From: Selaginella moellendorffii
Lineage: Eukaryota > Plantae > Lycopodiophyta
Direction of reading: 5' to 3'
Assembly (NCBI RefSeq): GCF_000143415.4
Contig: NW_003314381.1
Coordinates: 226,699 to 290,698, forward strand
Length of the DNA stretch: 64,000 nt
The notes under the pieces are model-generated. The model searched no databases. It was not told the origin of the DNA and saw nothing but the letters and a program-made list of their open reading frames with translations. Both the position numbers and the translations under genes were made by a program. Shown here piece by piece: positions 28,093 to 40,921 of the stretch (position 1 is its first letter; each line of letters starts with the position of its first letter).

Positions 28093-29967
28093 ATGGGAAT
28101 CCAGCGAACAGGTGTCAAGGTCAGTAACCAGCTGAGGGATTCATCGCTCTTCCGGCCATCTCAGTCGGAAGTGGACCTCTACCAGCACGACATGGAAGAT
28201 TTCTTGCTCGATTCTGCCGCGGAGCCAGCTGCGCCGCATCAGAACAAGCTCCTCTTGTAGGTACCCTCGTACATTTCTATCTAGCGATTTTTTTTCCATC
28301 TCATCTCTTTTTTGCTTTCCAGATGCGATCTTCTAGACATCTCTGGTGTTTTGAGTGAGGCTGCTAGCGCGATCGTCGATGTATGCCAGCTCTTGTGATT
28401 TTTTCGTCACTCATCACGCACATTCGTATGGTTTTCTCAGGATTCTTTCACCAGGTGCTTCAAGTCCAACATTCCAGAGCCGTGGAATTGGAATATATAC
28501 CTATTGCCCTTGTGGTGCCTTGGCGTGATCGTGAGATACTGCATTCTCTTTCCAGTCAGGTATGCGCCTATCTGTGAGAGACGATCCTGCTCAAAGTTAT
28601 TGCAATGTATAGGGTGTTGCTACTTACGGTGGGCTGGATCATCTTCCTGGGTGCTTTTATCCCGGTTCACTTCATCCTGAGGAAGCACGACCATATGAGA
28701 AGGAAGATCGAGGTATAGCATTCATTCGTTTTTTCCACAGAACAGGACATAAGACAAAGATTTTCTTTTCTTTGAAAACGCAGCGAGGGCTGGTAGAATT
28801 CATTTGCAGTGTCTTTGTGGCTTCCTGGACAGGGGTTGTCAAGTATCATGGACCACGGCCAAGCAGGCGTCCTAGACAGGTCTGTGACAGTTCCTCTGGC
28901 AACTGAGTTCGTTAACTTTCTTTCAGAGCAGGTCTTTGTGGCAAACCACACTTCGATGATCGACTTTATCATCCTTGAGCAGATGACCGCCTTCGCTGTG
29001 ATTATGCAAAAGCATCCGGGATGGGTTGGTGAGCTTATCATCTTTTCTGTTCTTTTCCATTTTTTTCCAAAACATCCGTGGTTGATGCTCAATCTTTCTG
29101 CGTGACTGCGTTTTCCAGGTTTACTACAAAACACTGTTCTTGAAAGTCTTGGCTGCATCTGGTTTAATCGAACCGAGTCTAAGGACCGCCATGTTGTCGG
29201 GGAAAAGTAAGTGAAAGTCCGACGAAAGATTGTATCAGCTGGTAAATCCATCTTGCTCGTCACCAGGCTTCGAAAGCACGTCATTGATCCGGAAAGCAAT
29301 CTTCTACTTATTTTCCCAGAGGGGACTTGCGTAAACAACGAGTATATTGTGATGTTTAAGAAGGTTCGTGGTCTCATGGTTCGCTCCAAGTGGTTCTTAT
29401 TTCCTGTGCTCGACTTACAGGGAGCGTTTGAACTGGATTGCACAGTGTGCCCGGTTGCTATCAAGTATAACAAGATCTTTGTCGACGCTTTCTGGAACAG
29501 TCGCAAGTAAGTGAGTCTTCTCATCTCGATTGACTTTAAGGTTTTTCTTTTTCCGACAGACAATCGTTTACAATGCACTTGCTGAGGCTGATGACGTCCT
29601 GGGCGGTCGTCTGCGATGTCTGGTATTTAGAACCACAAACAATCCGGCCCAACGAGACACCAATAGAGTTCGCGGAGAGGTATGTAAAAAGTAACTCTTC
29701 TTTGATCCTTATATTTCCTTTCAGAGTTCGCGATATGATAGCGAAACGAGCTGGAATTAAGAAAGTCGCTTGGGATGGATATCTGAAATACTACCGTCCA
29801 AGCTCGAAACTCACGGAGAAAATGTAAGCTTGTTCTCTTCTAGTTTTCCTGTGGAAAAGCTGTAGCTTACGCGTTTCCTTCGCAGGCAACAGAAGTTCGC
29901 TGAGAGCATGCTAAGAAGATTAAGAACGAAGACAAGTGACGAGGATCTCAGCACTTCTATGGAATGA
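28093..29967 (+). CDS. GPAT9: ER glycerol-3-phosphate acyltransferase 9 (about 12 exons)
   Basis: DLLDISGVLSEAASAIVD|DSFTRCFKSN.PEPWNWNIYL..VANHTSMIDF..QKHPGWVG..LLIFPEGTCVNN..AIKYNKIFVDAFWNSRK..MTSWAVVCDVWYLEPQ..WDGYLKY, the hallmark GPAT9 motifs. Confidence 0.96.
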
Positions 29968-30084
29968 TAGTACGGTACTCTTTTCTTAAGAAAAATTTCT
30001 CGTTCGTAGTAATGGCCTGCCTTGGGACATTGACAGGAGAAATGTTTTCAAATGGAGGGGATGCTATTGATAAAACTCCACTAG

Positions 30085-30665
30085 TTTACATGTTCAAGCT
30101 TTTAAGAGACTCGATGTGCGAGCGGTGCCAGAGGATCAAGGATCGCATCCCAGCAACGAGGCCCGGAAGAACATGGTCGAGAAGCTAGGCCGCCGCCCTT
30201 CCTGACGCAGCCTCATCAGGTAAAACGTCGGGCAAGTGCCTCGCATCACAATCCCAGGCAAAAGGAGCTCCTCGGGAGGAGATTCACAGAGAAAGTTCTC
30301 ATACTTGTCCAGGAGCTCTTGCAGCAATCCCCGAGGCGATCATCTCCGCCTCTGGATCGCGATCCCTGTCCTTGAAGCTCCAATGCGCAACGAGGCGAAT
30401 GAAACCATCCATCTCCATCTCGACTGCGACACCGAGGAACAGTGCTGCCAGACGCCGTGTGACGATGCGCATGCCAAGAACATCGAGGCAGAAGAGCTCC
30501 AGGAGTGGGTAGTCTTGGACAAGTTCTCGACGTCGGACACTTCCTCTAGCCTATGAGTTTTGGTGACGCAGGCGATGGACTTGACGAGGATCTCCACGGC
30601 CCTGGAGCTGCATGCTATCCTGCTCGGCCGGCTACATCAGGTCCAGACCTAAAAATTCGAGCATG
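30085..30665 (-). pseudogene. Deleted copy of the REase-fold-like family (copy 1)
   Basis: Collinear with 36280-36960 (LLLPGIVMRGTCPTFYLMRL; AVEILVKSIACVTKTHR) with many small deletions and frameshifts. Confidence 0.85.
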
Positions 30666-31588
30666 AGTAGTGAGGGTGAGAGAGAAGCAGTATACTACAT
30701 CATGGGCAGAAAGAATGAGGTGAAGTCTTTCCAGGATTTTCTTGGAGAGATGTGTTTAAGAAGTTGAATTTAACTGTGTATGTGACTTCTACCAGGCAGG
30801 TTTCTTTCCAACCTCATGCAGTGAACTCTAGTGAAAGACATAGTCTCAGCCACAAAAGGGCACAAGCGACAGGAATTATGCGTTGACGATTTGAGAAAGA
30901 CGCTCATCAGAGAAGCAGCAGCAGCAAATCGGTCACAAGCTTGTGGAACTGGAGTCATCATTTGAGTTGCATTGGCCAGGTCAGTCGAAACATAGGATTA
31001 TTCTCAAGAATATCATTTCTTCTTGCCGTGACCCATGATTGTAATGTTGAAGAATCTGCCGCACCTTTGCAGGAGTTAGAGAGTTCTTATCCTCCATTTA
31101 GACTTGCTCTATCAACATTGCTTTTGCCAAGTTGTTGTTCTGCTGGCCAAAATCTGTTTGTGTCGAAATCTTCTTTAGGTTTTGCCAGACTTTAATTTTG
31201 AGAGGATTGTGAGAAGCATCAAGCAGAAGTTAGGTGTGTTATACAACGGCCATTTTGATCCCTTGATCTGATTGTTTTGCCTGGAAATTTACTACATTCT
31301 AAGAAGCTCATCAAAGTGTCCACTATGGCAGCATGGAAGTTTGCTATCTCAAACTTCTTGTGGTGTGCCCAATTTACATGTTTGCTCCTCTCTTGCAACA
31401 AACCCATGGCTGCTGTTGGAGCCGAGAAAGCTCCCTGGATTTCCCCACCCCTGTGAAGAGTTGTGAAAAGTTATCAAAAAAAAAAAAAAAAAGAACAAAT
31501 GCTTCATGAACCCTTAACTTTGGCTTTCGCTAGTCTTAGTTTATGACTTAGGAAAATAATAAATAATTATTTCTATAGCTGAATAAAA

Positions 31589-31615
31589 ACACACACACAC
31601 ACACACACACACACA
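31589..31615. repeat. (CA)n microsatellite
   Basis: Directly visible, just downstream of the minus-strand lectin ORF stop. Confidence 0.95.
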
Positions 31616-31622
31616 ATTATAA

Positions 31623-32597
31623 TTAAGCTAGATTCTTAGGTTCATAGAAAATACAAGTTTCTTCAATAGTGTCATATACTACAATATGACCAGTATTTTC
31701 TACACATAAAGCCATTGCTTTAAATTTATCTTTCCAATATATATTATATGTCCATTTAATTTCATGATTTTTATCATATATCACAACATTGCCATCAGTT
31801 TGAATTCTTAAATAACAACCAATACCTTCTATAATTATTTGCCAAAATATAATCTTACCTTTGTAAAGTACAAGGTTGCAATTTAGGTGTAATAATAGTA
31901 TAAATTGATGATTACTTGATTCTAAAAACTCTCCACTTTGTATATTAGAGAAGTATGAAGAATCATGGATACTTCTAATACACGAATGTCTCCATGTACA
32001 GTCCATATCATCAGATAGTTTTTGATTAATAATTTTAGTATGATATATAATATTATTACTAAAAGAGTAAATTTGCTCATCATTGTTATTTTTAAAGGCT
32101 AAACTAATAGTTTCCATAATATATTCATTGACAACATAATTTATTATCTCAAGATCATTACTGACATACTGTAATAATAAATTTTCAAGAATTTGTTTTA
32201 CTGTCCCACTATAATAATAAACTGCATGCTCAGGAAAAACAAGGCAAAGATCATCATAATAAGGTGGGGGTTTTTCTTTAAATAAAAAAGTTATTAAAAC
32301 TTGAATTCCATTATATGTATATTCAAGTGACTTTCCAGCATATAATTTAGCATGAGGATTCATTATATCAAGATTATCAATTGCTATAAGTAGTGCTTCT
32401 AAAATAGTATGTCTATAATGCAAAGGGAAAATTTTAAAGTTACTTCTTTCAACTCTTACTGATAGATGCTTTCCAATAAAAAATATTAATACAAGAAAAA
32501 AAATCATTTTATAATATGCCATATAGAATACTGAGGTAGTTGCGGCTTTATATATGTCCATTCTTTGGATTCTTTCTTGTCGATCAACCAAATGCAT
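31623..32597 (-). CDS. Putative secreted unknown-domain/bulb-lectin protein, second intact copy
   Basis: Intact ATG-initiated 324-aa ORF, gap-free and highly similar to 17510-18478, retaining QTDGNVVIY. Confidence 0.82.
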   Translation of the reverse strand: MHLVDRQERIQRMDIYKAATTSVFYMAYYKMIFFLVLIFFIGKHLSVRVERSNFKIFPLHYRHTILEALLIAIDNLDIMNPHAKLYAGKSLEYTYNGIQVLITFLFKEKPPPYYDDLCLVFPEHAVYYYSGTVKQILENLLLQYVSNDLEIINYVVNEYIMETISLAFKNNNDEQIYSFSNNIIYHTKIINQKLSDDMDCTWRHSCIRSIHDSSYFSNIQSGEFLESSNHQFILLLHLNCNLVLYKGKIIFWQIIIEGIGCYLRIQTDGNVVIYDKNHEIKWTYNIYWKDKFKAMALCVENTGHIVVYDTIEETCIFYEPKNLA

Positions 32598-32949
32598 AAC
32601 AAATATGGTTACTATTTAAAATGATGTTCTTTACATATGGCATTTGTAAATGTGGTACAAAGATAGTAAATAACTAAAGTGAACAGCTTAAGAATAGTTT
32701 ATAGGGTTTAAAAATATAGAGCCAATAATTCACCCTCTTAAATAGTGGAAATTAACTGTCCTTGGTTATACTATTCAAACTTTAGTTGAGAAATTAGTCT
32801 TTGCATGTTCACTTGGCCAAATGAGTATGAAGATAAAATTTTTAAGTGCAATTAATCAATATTGTAGGGGTTCCCAACATTAGCAAATGCAATCTAATGA
32901 ATAAGTTTTTTTAACCAAATCAAGTATACTTAACTAATATAAATTCCCT

Positions 32950-34490
32950 TCAACTTAGAATAGACAATGTACTCATTGTTGAAGAGTTCCCAAAAATTCA
33001 TCTAGAAGTTAAGGATACTTAGCCACAAAAGAGGATGACTCCCACGTTACATCCTCCATAGGCATATCTTTCCATTGCACTAGATACTCAACAAGTGTAG
33101 TGCATCATGTAACAACTTTTTGACATGCATCAGGAATCTTAAAAGGTTCAATTGTGACCTTGTAACCATCCATGAAACTAGGTGGTGGTACATCATTGGG
33201 TTCAATGTGTGTGGCATGATTATCCCCAAACAGTTTAAGCAATGATACATGGAAGATAGGATGAATCTTCTTCCATGTGTCAAAGAGCTTCAACTCATGA
33301 TCATGAGAATTTTATAAGACTTCAAAGGGACCAAAATAGCATGGCCACAACTTAGGATACTTATGATCAGTAGATGCATAATGATGCAAAGCTATATACA
33401 CCAACACTTTATCACCAACATCAAACTCAAGATAGCAGCGACATCGGTCAACATATTTCTTTTATTGTTCTTGAGCATGATCAACTTATCCCTCACAGTC
33501 GTAAGGATACCAGTCATTTCATCAACCACCTCATTGATAGTCTCCAAGCGAGACTTAGCCAACCAATTGGCTGGACTTCGAGGAATAAAGCCATAAGCAG
33601 CATAAAAAGGAGCTATGCCAATTGAAGCATAGATGGAACTGTTATAAGAAAATTCCATCAAAGGCAGATAGTCCTCCCATGCACTATGGCTTTTATCTGT
33701 ATAGCTTCGTAACATATCCTCCATAGTACGATTCGTTCGTTCAGTTTGGCCATCACTTTCTGGATGAGAGGAGGAACTGAACTTCAATTTCATTCCTAAA
33801 ATCTCAAATGATGATAGGAGGAACTGAACTTTAATTTCATTCTTAAAATCTCAAATAGACTAGTCCAAAAATGGCTAGTAAATCGATCAGATACAATTGA
33901 ACGAGGGAGACCATGATACTTGAACACATCCTTGATGAATGCCACTTGACTGCCACTGATAGCCTTCTTGCAGGGAAAGAAATGAGCAAGTTTGGTCAAG
34001 ACCAAAACTGCATCATTCTTTCGCTGAGTACATGGTAACTCGGTGTTAAAATCCATCAAAATGGATTCCCATCGTCCTTGTGGAATTCCTAGAGGATGTA
34101 ACAATCCAGCAGGGCGCTGTGTATCAAGCTTCGTGCGTTGACACTTCAAGCATCCTTGTACATGCATTGTACATCACTCCAGGGCCAAAAATATAATGCT
34201 GCCACTCGCTCATAAGTCTTAATATGGTGCATCATGAGCTTCCTGCAAGATTAGAGTGCACGTCTCCTTGCAATAAGGTACACACATTCGGTCATGAAAA
34301 TATAAATCATCATGGAGAGAATAGTTTTGACAAAGCGAAATCTCAACAGGAGTTCTTTTATCCTTCTTCAAGCTTTCATAAATCACCTTAAAATTCCTGT
34401 CTGAGCATACTTCACTGGAAAGGAAGCTGGAAAATTCGTGATAACCACTGAAATGGGATTCACGCCCTCTCCAAATCAACAAAGTTTAAG
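32950..34490 (-). mobile_element. Ty3/gypsy remnant: integrase + chromodomain
   Basis: HDAPY..CLKCQ zinc finger, WESILMDF, GLPRSIVSDR, HPESDGQTERTNR, GPF, IHPIFHVSLLK and a chromodomain-like tail; frameshifted. Confidence 0.9.
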
Positions 34491-35039
34491 CTGGATGATC
34501 AATCCGAAGTTTTTAAGTTGAATTATCTTGTATGGAGAACAAAGTAAGAAACACCACCACATCTCACACCGGGTCACTTAGAAATTCTTCATCCATCACT
34601 TCTGTACTTTCAGCAAGGGATCGCTCAGGACAGCATAACTTTCAAGCACTCTCTTTGGGAGAGTAGTAGTGGCAGTAGTACCTAGAACAATACTAACATG
34701 ATTGAGTAAAGGGTCTAAACAAGTATAAGGTGAAACTCTCAAACAAAACTCCCTCAAGTACAAAAAGCCCTGCCTCCTAAAACTAGAGCCACCCGTTACT
34801 AGGGAAGCAAGACTCATCCTAGAGTACTCTTCCACTGGATCATAAAGGCTCGAAACTGTGTTTTAGCTGACACAGGTAGGAAATAGTTTTCAACCAAATA
34901 AATTCCCCAAAACCAAAACCCTAGCCAAGCCTTTCACTGGATCGAGCAAAAGATCTCTGTAATCAAATGATCTTGTGTCATGCAAATGCAATGCAATGCA
35001 TTTGCCGAGCACAGGCAGGGAGAAATCTGATCTCCTGGT

Positions 35040-35135
35040 TGACGCTGCTATGCTGCCTGGCGCGATCCCAGAGCACTGCCGATGCCAAGCGCATCTTTGA
35101 TTCCATACCGGAGCACTGCCTCGTCTTGATGCTGT
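35040..35135 (+). pseudogene. PPR fragment
   Basis: LARSQSTADAKRIFDSIPEHCLV resembles an S-type PPR motif. Confidence 0.5.
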
Positions 35136-35242
35136 AGCGCTCTGAAGAAACAGAGAATACTCCCTCTGGGATGCCTCTCAGGAAACGGCTAAGAAAAACT
35201 AAGAACCTTAAACTGGAGGGCCTGTACACCACGTGGCTCCAA

Positions 35243-35965
35243 CACCGTGAATGGATTGGAATTCGGCCTCGCGGGGATGCTCCCCCCGGCGCTGTTCAAG
35301 GCATCGGTGCTCGAGACCAGGACTGTGACTAATCTGACTCGCGCGGCTCACTGGATCACAGAAATCCGGCACTGCCGTTCAGATGGAGGAGATCAAGAGC
35401 CATGAGCAGTGAGAGAGATGGTGAATTTAAGCAGTGTAGATAGATGATAGATCAATGCCAGTTTTTGTTTGATCTATCTTGCAAAGCACAAGAACAATCT
35501 GACGCCTTGCCGCTGCGGCGCATGGCGCTACGATATTTAGTAAGGATTCTGCAAGGCGCCAATACTTGGCCGGATGGAGGGAAATCTCTAGAGGCTGCGT
35601 CTTTCAACTACTCTCGGCTGCTCCGGCGATGCGGCAACGATAAGGCTCTGATGGAAGGCAGGAAACTCCACGCACACCCGGCAGCTCGGCCGTGACATGT
35701 ATCTCAAGTGCAGGAACTTGATAGAGCTTTGTTCTTCCGACGACGTTGCTCCGTGGACACAACTGGTGGCGGCGGCCAATCCTTACGAACTTCCCAATCC
35801 ATGCTCCAGTCGGGATCTCGATCGACAAGATCACACTGCTCACGGTCTTCAACTCTTGTACCAAGGCCGGGGCTTTGAGAAGGGAGAAGTGTTCGTGGTT
35901 ACAGTGACGAGTGTGGCCTTTCAGCTGAAACTGCCGTGGCAACCGCCATCGTCCACTTCTATGCG
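35243..35965 (+). pseudogene. Inverted, deletion-riddled copy of RER 3' end + intergenic + PPR 5' end (source ~520-1500)
   Basis: Exact reverse-complement stretches, e.g. gtgaatggattggaattcggcctcgcggggatgct, agatgatagatcaatgccagtttttgtttgatctatcttgc and ttggccggatggagggaaatctctagaggc. Confidence 0.92.
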
Positions 35966-36279
35966 ATACTAGCACGTTACATTTTCCCATGTTCTTCTTT
36001 TTCGCTATCATATCACGAATTTGGTGTCTCGTTGATCGCAGACGACTGCCCAGGACGTCATCAGCCTCAGCAATTGCAAACGATTGTATGTCCAAAAAAA
36101 AATCTTGAAGTCAATCGGGATGATAAGTAAAGTCTTGACTTGCGACTAGCGTCGACAATTATCTTGTTTTGCAGACAGTGTCTTAGCACTCCTACGGTTT
36201 TTATTTGCTTGGTAATTGAGCAAAAAGGAGAAATGTTTTTAAGTAGCTGTGATTTGATGGATAAAACTCCACCTTCACC

Positions 36280-37068
36280 TTACATAAAGCTTTTGAGGGA
36301 CTCGAGGCACTGTGCGATGTGTGCGCGGTGCTCCGGCACTATGATCGCGTCCCAGGAGCTGGGCGGAACAAGGCCTGGAAGCACATACTGGTCGACTCTC
36401 GTCAAGAAGCCAGGCCGCCGCCCTTGCTTGACGCACTCCACCATCTCCCTGCTCAGCCTCATCAGGTAAAATGTTGGGCAAGTGCCTCGCATCACAATCC
36501 CTGGTAAAAGAAGCTCCTCTGGAGGAGATTCCCAAACATGGTTCTTATATTTATCCAGAAGCTCCTGATACGTAGCAATCCCTGAGGCGATCATCTCCGC
36601 CTCTGGATCGTGATCCCTGTCCTTGAAGCTCCTATCAATTTGGACAACGAGGCGAATGAAACCATCCACCTCCGTCTCGACTACAACACCAGGGCTCGCA
36701 TCCACTTTAGTGTTGCCAATTTTGAGCTCCAGCTTACGCCGTGTTATGCGCATGCCAGGGAGATCGAGGCGGAAGAGCTCCAGGAGCGACTTGGACAAGT
36801 TTTCAATGTCGGACACTTCCTCAAACCTGTGAGTTTTGGTGACGCAGGTGATGGACTTGACAAGGATCTCCACGGCCCTGGAGCTGCATGCTATCCTACT
36901 CGGCCGCAAAGACGCCTGCATGATGGGAGCCAGGTCCAAACCTAAAAGCTCGAGCACATCGCCACCATTGCCACTGCTGCCCTCGTGCGGCTCCTTCCCA
37001 AAGAAATCCTTGAAATTTCTTACCCTGGCCAGGTTGATGCCATAGAAGCCTATATCGCCCCGCCTCAT
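36280..37068 (-). CDS. REase-fold-like hypothetical protein (copy 2, 262 aa, N-terminus probably rearranged)
   Basis: Open intronless ORF, close paralog of 40922-41881; motifs LVVQIDR, DPEAEMIASGIA.YQ, LPGIVMRGTCPTFY, IAQCLESLKSFM. Confidence 0.7.
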   Translation of the reverse strand: MRRGDIGFYGINLARVRNFKDFFGKEPHEGSSGNGGDVLELLGLDLAPIMQASLRPSRIACSSRAVEILVKSITCVTKTHRFEEVSDIENLSKSLLELFRLDLPGMRITRRKLELKIGNTKVDASPGVVVETEVDGFIRLVVQIDRSFKDRDHDPEAEMIASGIATYQELLDKYKNHVWESPPEELLLPGIVMRGTCPTFYLMRLSREMVECVKQGRRPGFLTRVDQYVLPGLVPPSSWDAIIVPEHRAHIAQCLESLKSFM

Positions 37069-38924
37069 GTCAACCCTGAATGAAACCTTAAGAGAGCATT
37101 TATATATATAAGAATGAAGGGCCCAGACCCCCGCAGCCGTCCGATCTCAGGCCTGGGGCAGCCTCAGAAGCCATGGTTTCTCAGGGAGGGGAGGCCACCC
37201 CAGGCCCGGGCCAGGGCCAGTGGCCATGGTTTGGGTGTGGTGACAGAAGGGTTTCTGCCTGTGGCTGCGTGAGCAGCTGGTGAGGGAGTGTGCCAGCAAT
37301 GCAATCCAGCTTTGGCACTCTCTGAATTGCAGTTCAATTGTGCACATTGGCACTAATGGATTGAGTTAGGCAGTGAATCAATTCCTGATGTAAGATATTC
37401 CTGTTCTTGACGCAGTAAAAGAGTTGGCGTGGATTTGTAGATTCGCTGTCTATGAGGTGGTGGAGAGAAGCTATGGAGAACACAAAATGACTTTGAGCTT
37501 TTGATTTCTCAGAGTCTTCCTTGTGTCCCAGTAATAGTCAGTGAAGAACTCACCTGTGTCTGCTCACAAATGTCTGGAAAGAAATTTTTTTTGTTTCTTT
37601 CTGTAACCAAAATTATTTTGAAAGCCTAATGGCATGTGCACTAACAAAATGGTGTTGGGTCAGGAGCAGATGAATTGAAGGTATTAGACTTTTCTTTTGC
37701 AAATAAGCTGAACGTTTCATTAATTACAGTGCCAGATAGAAGTGTGAGGACATGTGTTAGAACCAGTCACGCTACGCACGCACATTTATGGTGAAACGTT
37801 TTCACCCCGTAGCTTCTCTCTGCCACCACCTGCCTATGGCTCTCCAGCTCCTTCAATTTTATCACTTCAAGAATTGGGAAGTTTTACCTCACAAATCGAT
37901 TCCTCCACCTAGCACACCTACATCCCTACTGCAACACTGGTGACTCTCCTCTGCAGCCAAGGGGTCCAGCAGCAGTGGATGACTTTGAGCTCTTGGTTTC
38001 ATGAACGTCTCAGGGTCAGCTTAGAGATCTCAGATATAGTCAGCCAAGGTACAAGGGTGATATGGGACCGAGTTACATGGTTTCTTGGGTGTATGCCAAA
38101 GCTTGGGTCGATTTGGTGGCTGCGTTGGGGGATGACAGAAGAGAGCTTCAATTCAGCAGGGTGAGCAGCTTTTGCAAGCTGGATGCTGTGGAGTATGGTG
38201 TGCCATGTAGACCTGGTGATTTTCAAATGTTCTAAGCTGTGGAGAGGAGGCATTTTGAGAGAGAACCAGATTGCTCCCAAGAAAAACTTGCTGTGAGCCC
38301 AAACTTCCATGCTAGAATGTTCCCAAAATTTGAGTTCTTTGTACTTTTATGTTCCACTGTGAGATGAAGATCTGTTTTAAAATCCTTTTTTGAGCAAATC
38401 CCAGCGAAACTTAGGGGTGAAAGAGACTTTTGCTAGCATGGAATTTACAAGATATTACAAGGCTTTAGAGTTGGAATGAATCAAAATTATGAAGTACATT
38501 TTTCCTAGTTCCCAAGTCCTAACATACTTCATCTCTTCTCTCACAGAAATGATAGAGAAAAACTATTGGTTGGTTTGTTAAGCATAGTAAATAGCAGAGT
38601 GGGAACGTGTGGTCATATGAAGTGCTTGCCAACTAACCAGCATTTGCTGGGTAATTTCTAGTCTATAATAATGAGTTGGCAAACTTTTTAGGCTGTTCGA
38701 TCCAGCCAATCATCTGATAGAAGTGGGTAAAGGTTATTTTTTTAACCATGTAACACTGAAATATTTTGATAAATAGCTGTTTTGTGTGCTTATTGGCTAT
38801 TGTGAGAGAAAAAGGAAATTTGTCACATGTGACATCATGGGTAAAAATCAAACTTGCTCCCTCCTTCTAAGCAGGGCTGCTCCCTCAATCTAGATTGCAT
38901 GCAGCTCTTGATTGAGGCATGGGG

Positions 38925-39725
38925 ATCCATGCAAGATTGATGGTGCTCCATAAATGGATTTATAGGTTGAAAGTTTACTTTCATGTATGCATTGAGGCAT
39001 TGGCTTTGTGAAGAGAGTGTTGGTGATCAGATTCCAAGTGCATGTGTCAATCTCCATAAAAACTTAAGATCAATGTTTGAACTTGGAATTTCTTGGTAGT
39101 AGGACAGTAAACAAGATTGCTAGCTCTAGCCAAAATAATGTCCAATCTTAAGTGAGCTGGGGCATGCTGCTATTGCATTTGTTTTTGCCAATTGCCTCTG
39201 CGAATAACCACACTGTGTTTTCTGCCTACTGCCTCAAGTTGAGCTGCTACAACACAGGTTCTTAAAATTTGTATCAGCACTTCATGGCATGAAAAAGAGT
39301 CCTAAGCAATGTTTGTATACTTGTGCTTTCCAACTCTTTGCTAAACTCCTAATCTTTAGTTAACTTGCTCTAGCTCAAACTCAGTGTTCAATTTGCAGTC
39401 TATCATGATGTGAACATACAATTGATTGTATACAATTGCATTTTACAGATTTGATCTATAAGGATATTTGGCAGAGTTCACCCCTTATATGCAAGCCACT
39501 TGGTATGGACAATAGCAATGTGCTGGGAATGGTGAGGATCTAGGTTGTGAGGATATTGTGAAGTGTTTTATAGTTTCAAAGGCATTTCCTTCAGGTTTAA
39601 TACTTGCTATATGCAGATCATGAATGTCACAATTGGTGGTAGAACAGCTGCATGGCCCTAGAGATCAGGAAGAGATTATTGATAATATGTAGATCAAAAA
39701 ATCTTTGCCCACCGAGCAGCTTAGT
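38925..39725. repeat. Inverted diverged copy of the 19065-19625 flank of the lectin/Trx module
   Basis: e.g. ctccataaaaacttaagatcaatgtttgaact is the reverse complement of ~19521-19552; ccaaaataatgtcca matches ~19463-19477. Confidence 0.8.
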
Positions 39726-39884
39726 ATTAGATATGAAACTATTTTGATTATTGTGATTTATTGTTGGTAAACATTTGGTTTGCTTTAGTCTTTTTTATGT
39801 AAATGGATATAGAAAGTAATTCTTTTGATATATTTCATTTGTATAAGCTCATTGGAAACCAAAAGCTTAAAGTATTCTGCAAAC

Positions 39885-40057
39885 TGATGACTTGGAGATT
39901 TCTCTCTCTTTCTCCACAGGTGGAGGTTTTCCCACGAATCTTTGGCCACTAAGGAGGCGCTAAAACCTAAATGCCTTCTCTTTGCTCTGTGTGTCCAGGA
40001 GCGTTTGCGAGGGCGTGTTGGATCTCAAGCCCAGCAATCACGTCATTCCAGTGTTCT
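39885..40057 (+). pseudogene. Inverted fragment of ADH copy A (introns retained)
   Basis: caggtggaggttttcccacgaatctttggccac...ggatctcaagccc...cacgtcattcc matches the reverse complement of ~22563-22740. Confidence 0.88.
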
Positions 40058-40921
40058 CAAACTGTTTTACATCCTAGTTTTTTGTTATCATGTTTACTAG
40101 AAATGGTTTTTACCAGTGCTGGGTTTTTATCATGCAATTGAAACCTCCTTCGAGTGTGAGCATGGACAGGCTGTTAATTACCCCTATTGAAGCACTGCCA
40201 ATGTTTTGCCTGGTTTTTCTCTTAAGTTATACACTTCAGTTATGCAGTCTTGGTTTTTCTCTTGAGTTATACAACATGCTAGTATAGCTCTATAGTCTAG
40301 TGATAATAGGAAGAAAACTTGAAGGCCAACTGTGAAAAATGCTACTAATACCAACGATTCCATTCCTCCGAGGATAAAGAGCAAGCTTCAACAACCTTAC
40401 CAGCTTCTCTGGATTTGATAATGAAGCATGAACAGTTTTTTTCAGCTGAGACACAATAACAAAGTAGTGAAGCCATCCCATCCACTCATCTGCATATGTG
40501 GTGCCACTTTCATTGACAGAGTAAGACGTCTTAGTGTATTGCCAACTATGAGGAATCACCACCTCCACCGTGCTCCACTTCTCCCATCAGACCATCTCAA
40601 AGACCCAGTTCTGAGCAGGAAATAGAGAGGAAAACAGTATGTCTCCCACATCCAGCGATCCAGCGCCTCCATAAATGCTTTCCCGCCTCCCTACCTCCCA
40701 CAAAATGCCACCTCAACTTACAAGTGTTGCGATCTCTTATTTGCTTGCATTGATTTAAGCTGTGCCAAACTCCCATTGCTTCCACGCGACGTAAATTGAT
40801 TCCACGCGACGTAACCCATGTCCCGCTGCAGCATTGGATCGAAGGCAGCTTGCCAGCACGCCGTCGCATCGTTTCCAGCGAAGACGAGCTCAGATCCAGT
40901 CCATTTGATCATCTCTTCACT

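Noticed and set aside
28667-29578. 303-aa minus-strand ORF
   Set aside because: Antisense to well-supported GPAT9 exons and introns; no recognisable motifs.
30875-30912. Minus-strand CTGATGA with a 4-bp stem as a second hammerhead
   Set aside because: No GAAA, stem III or stem I.
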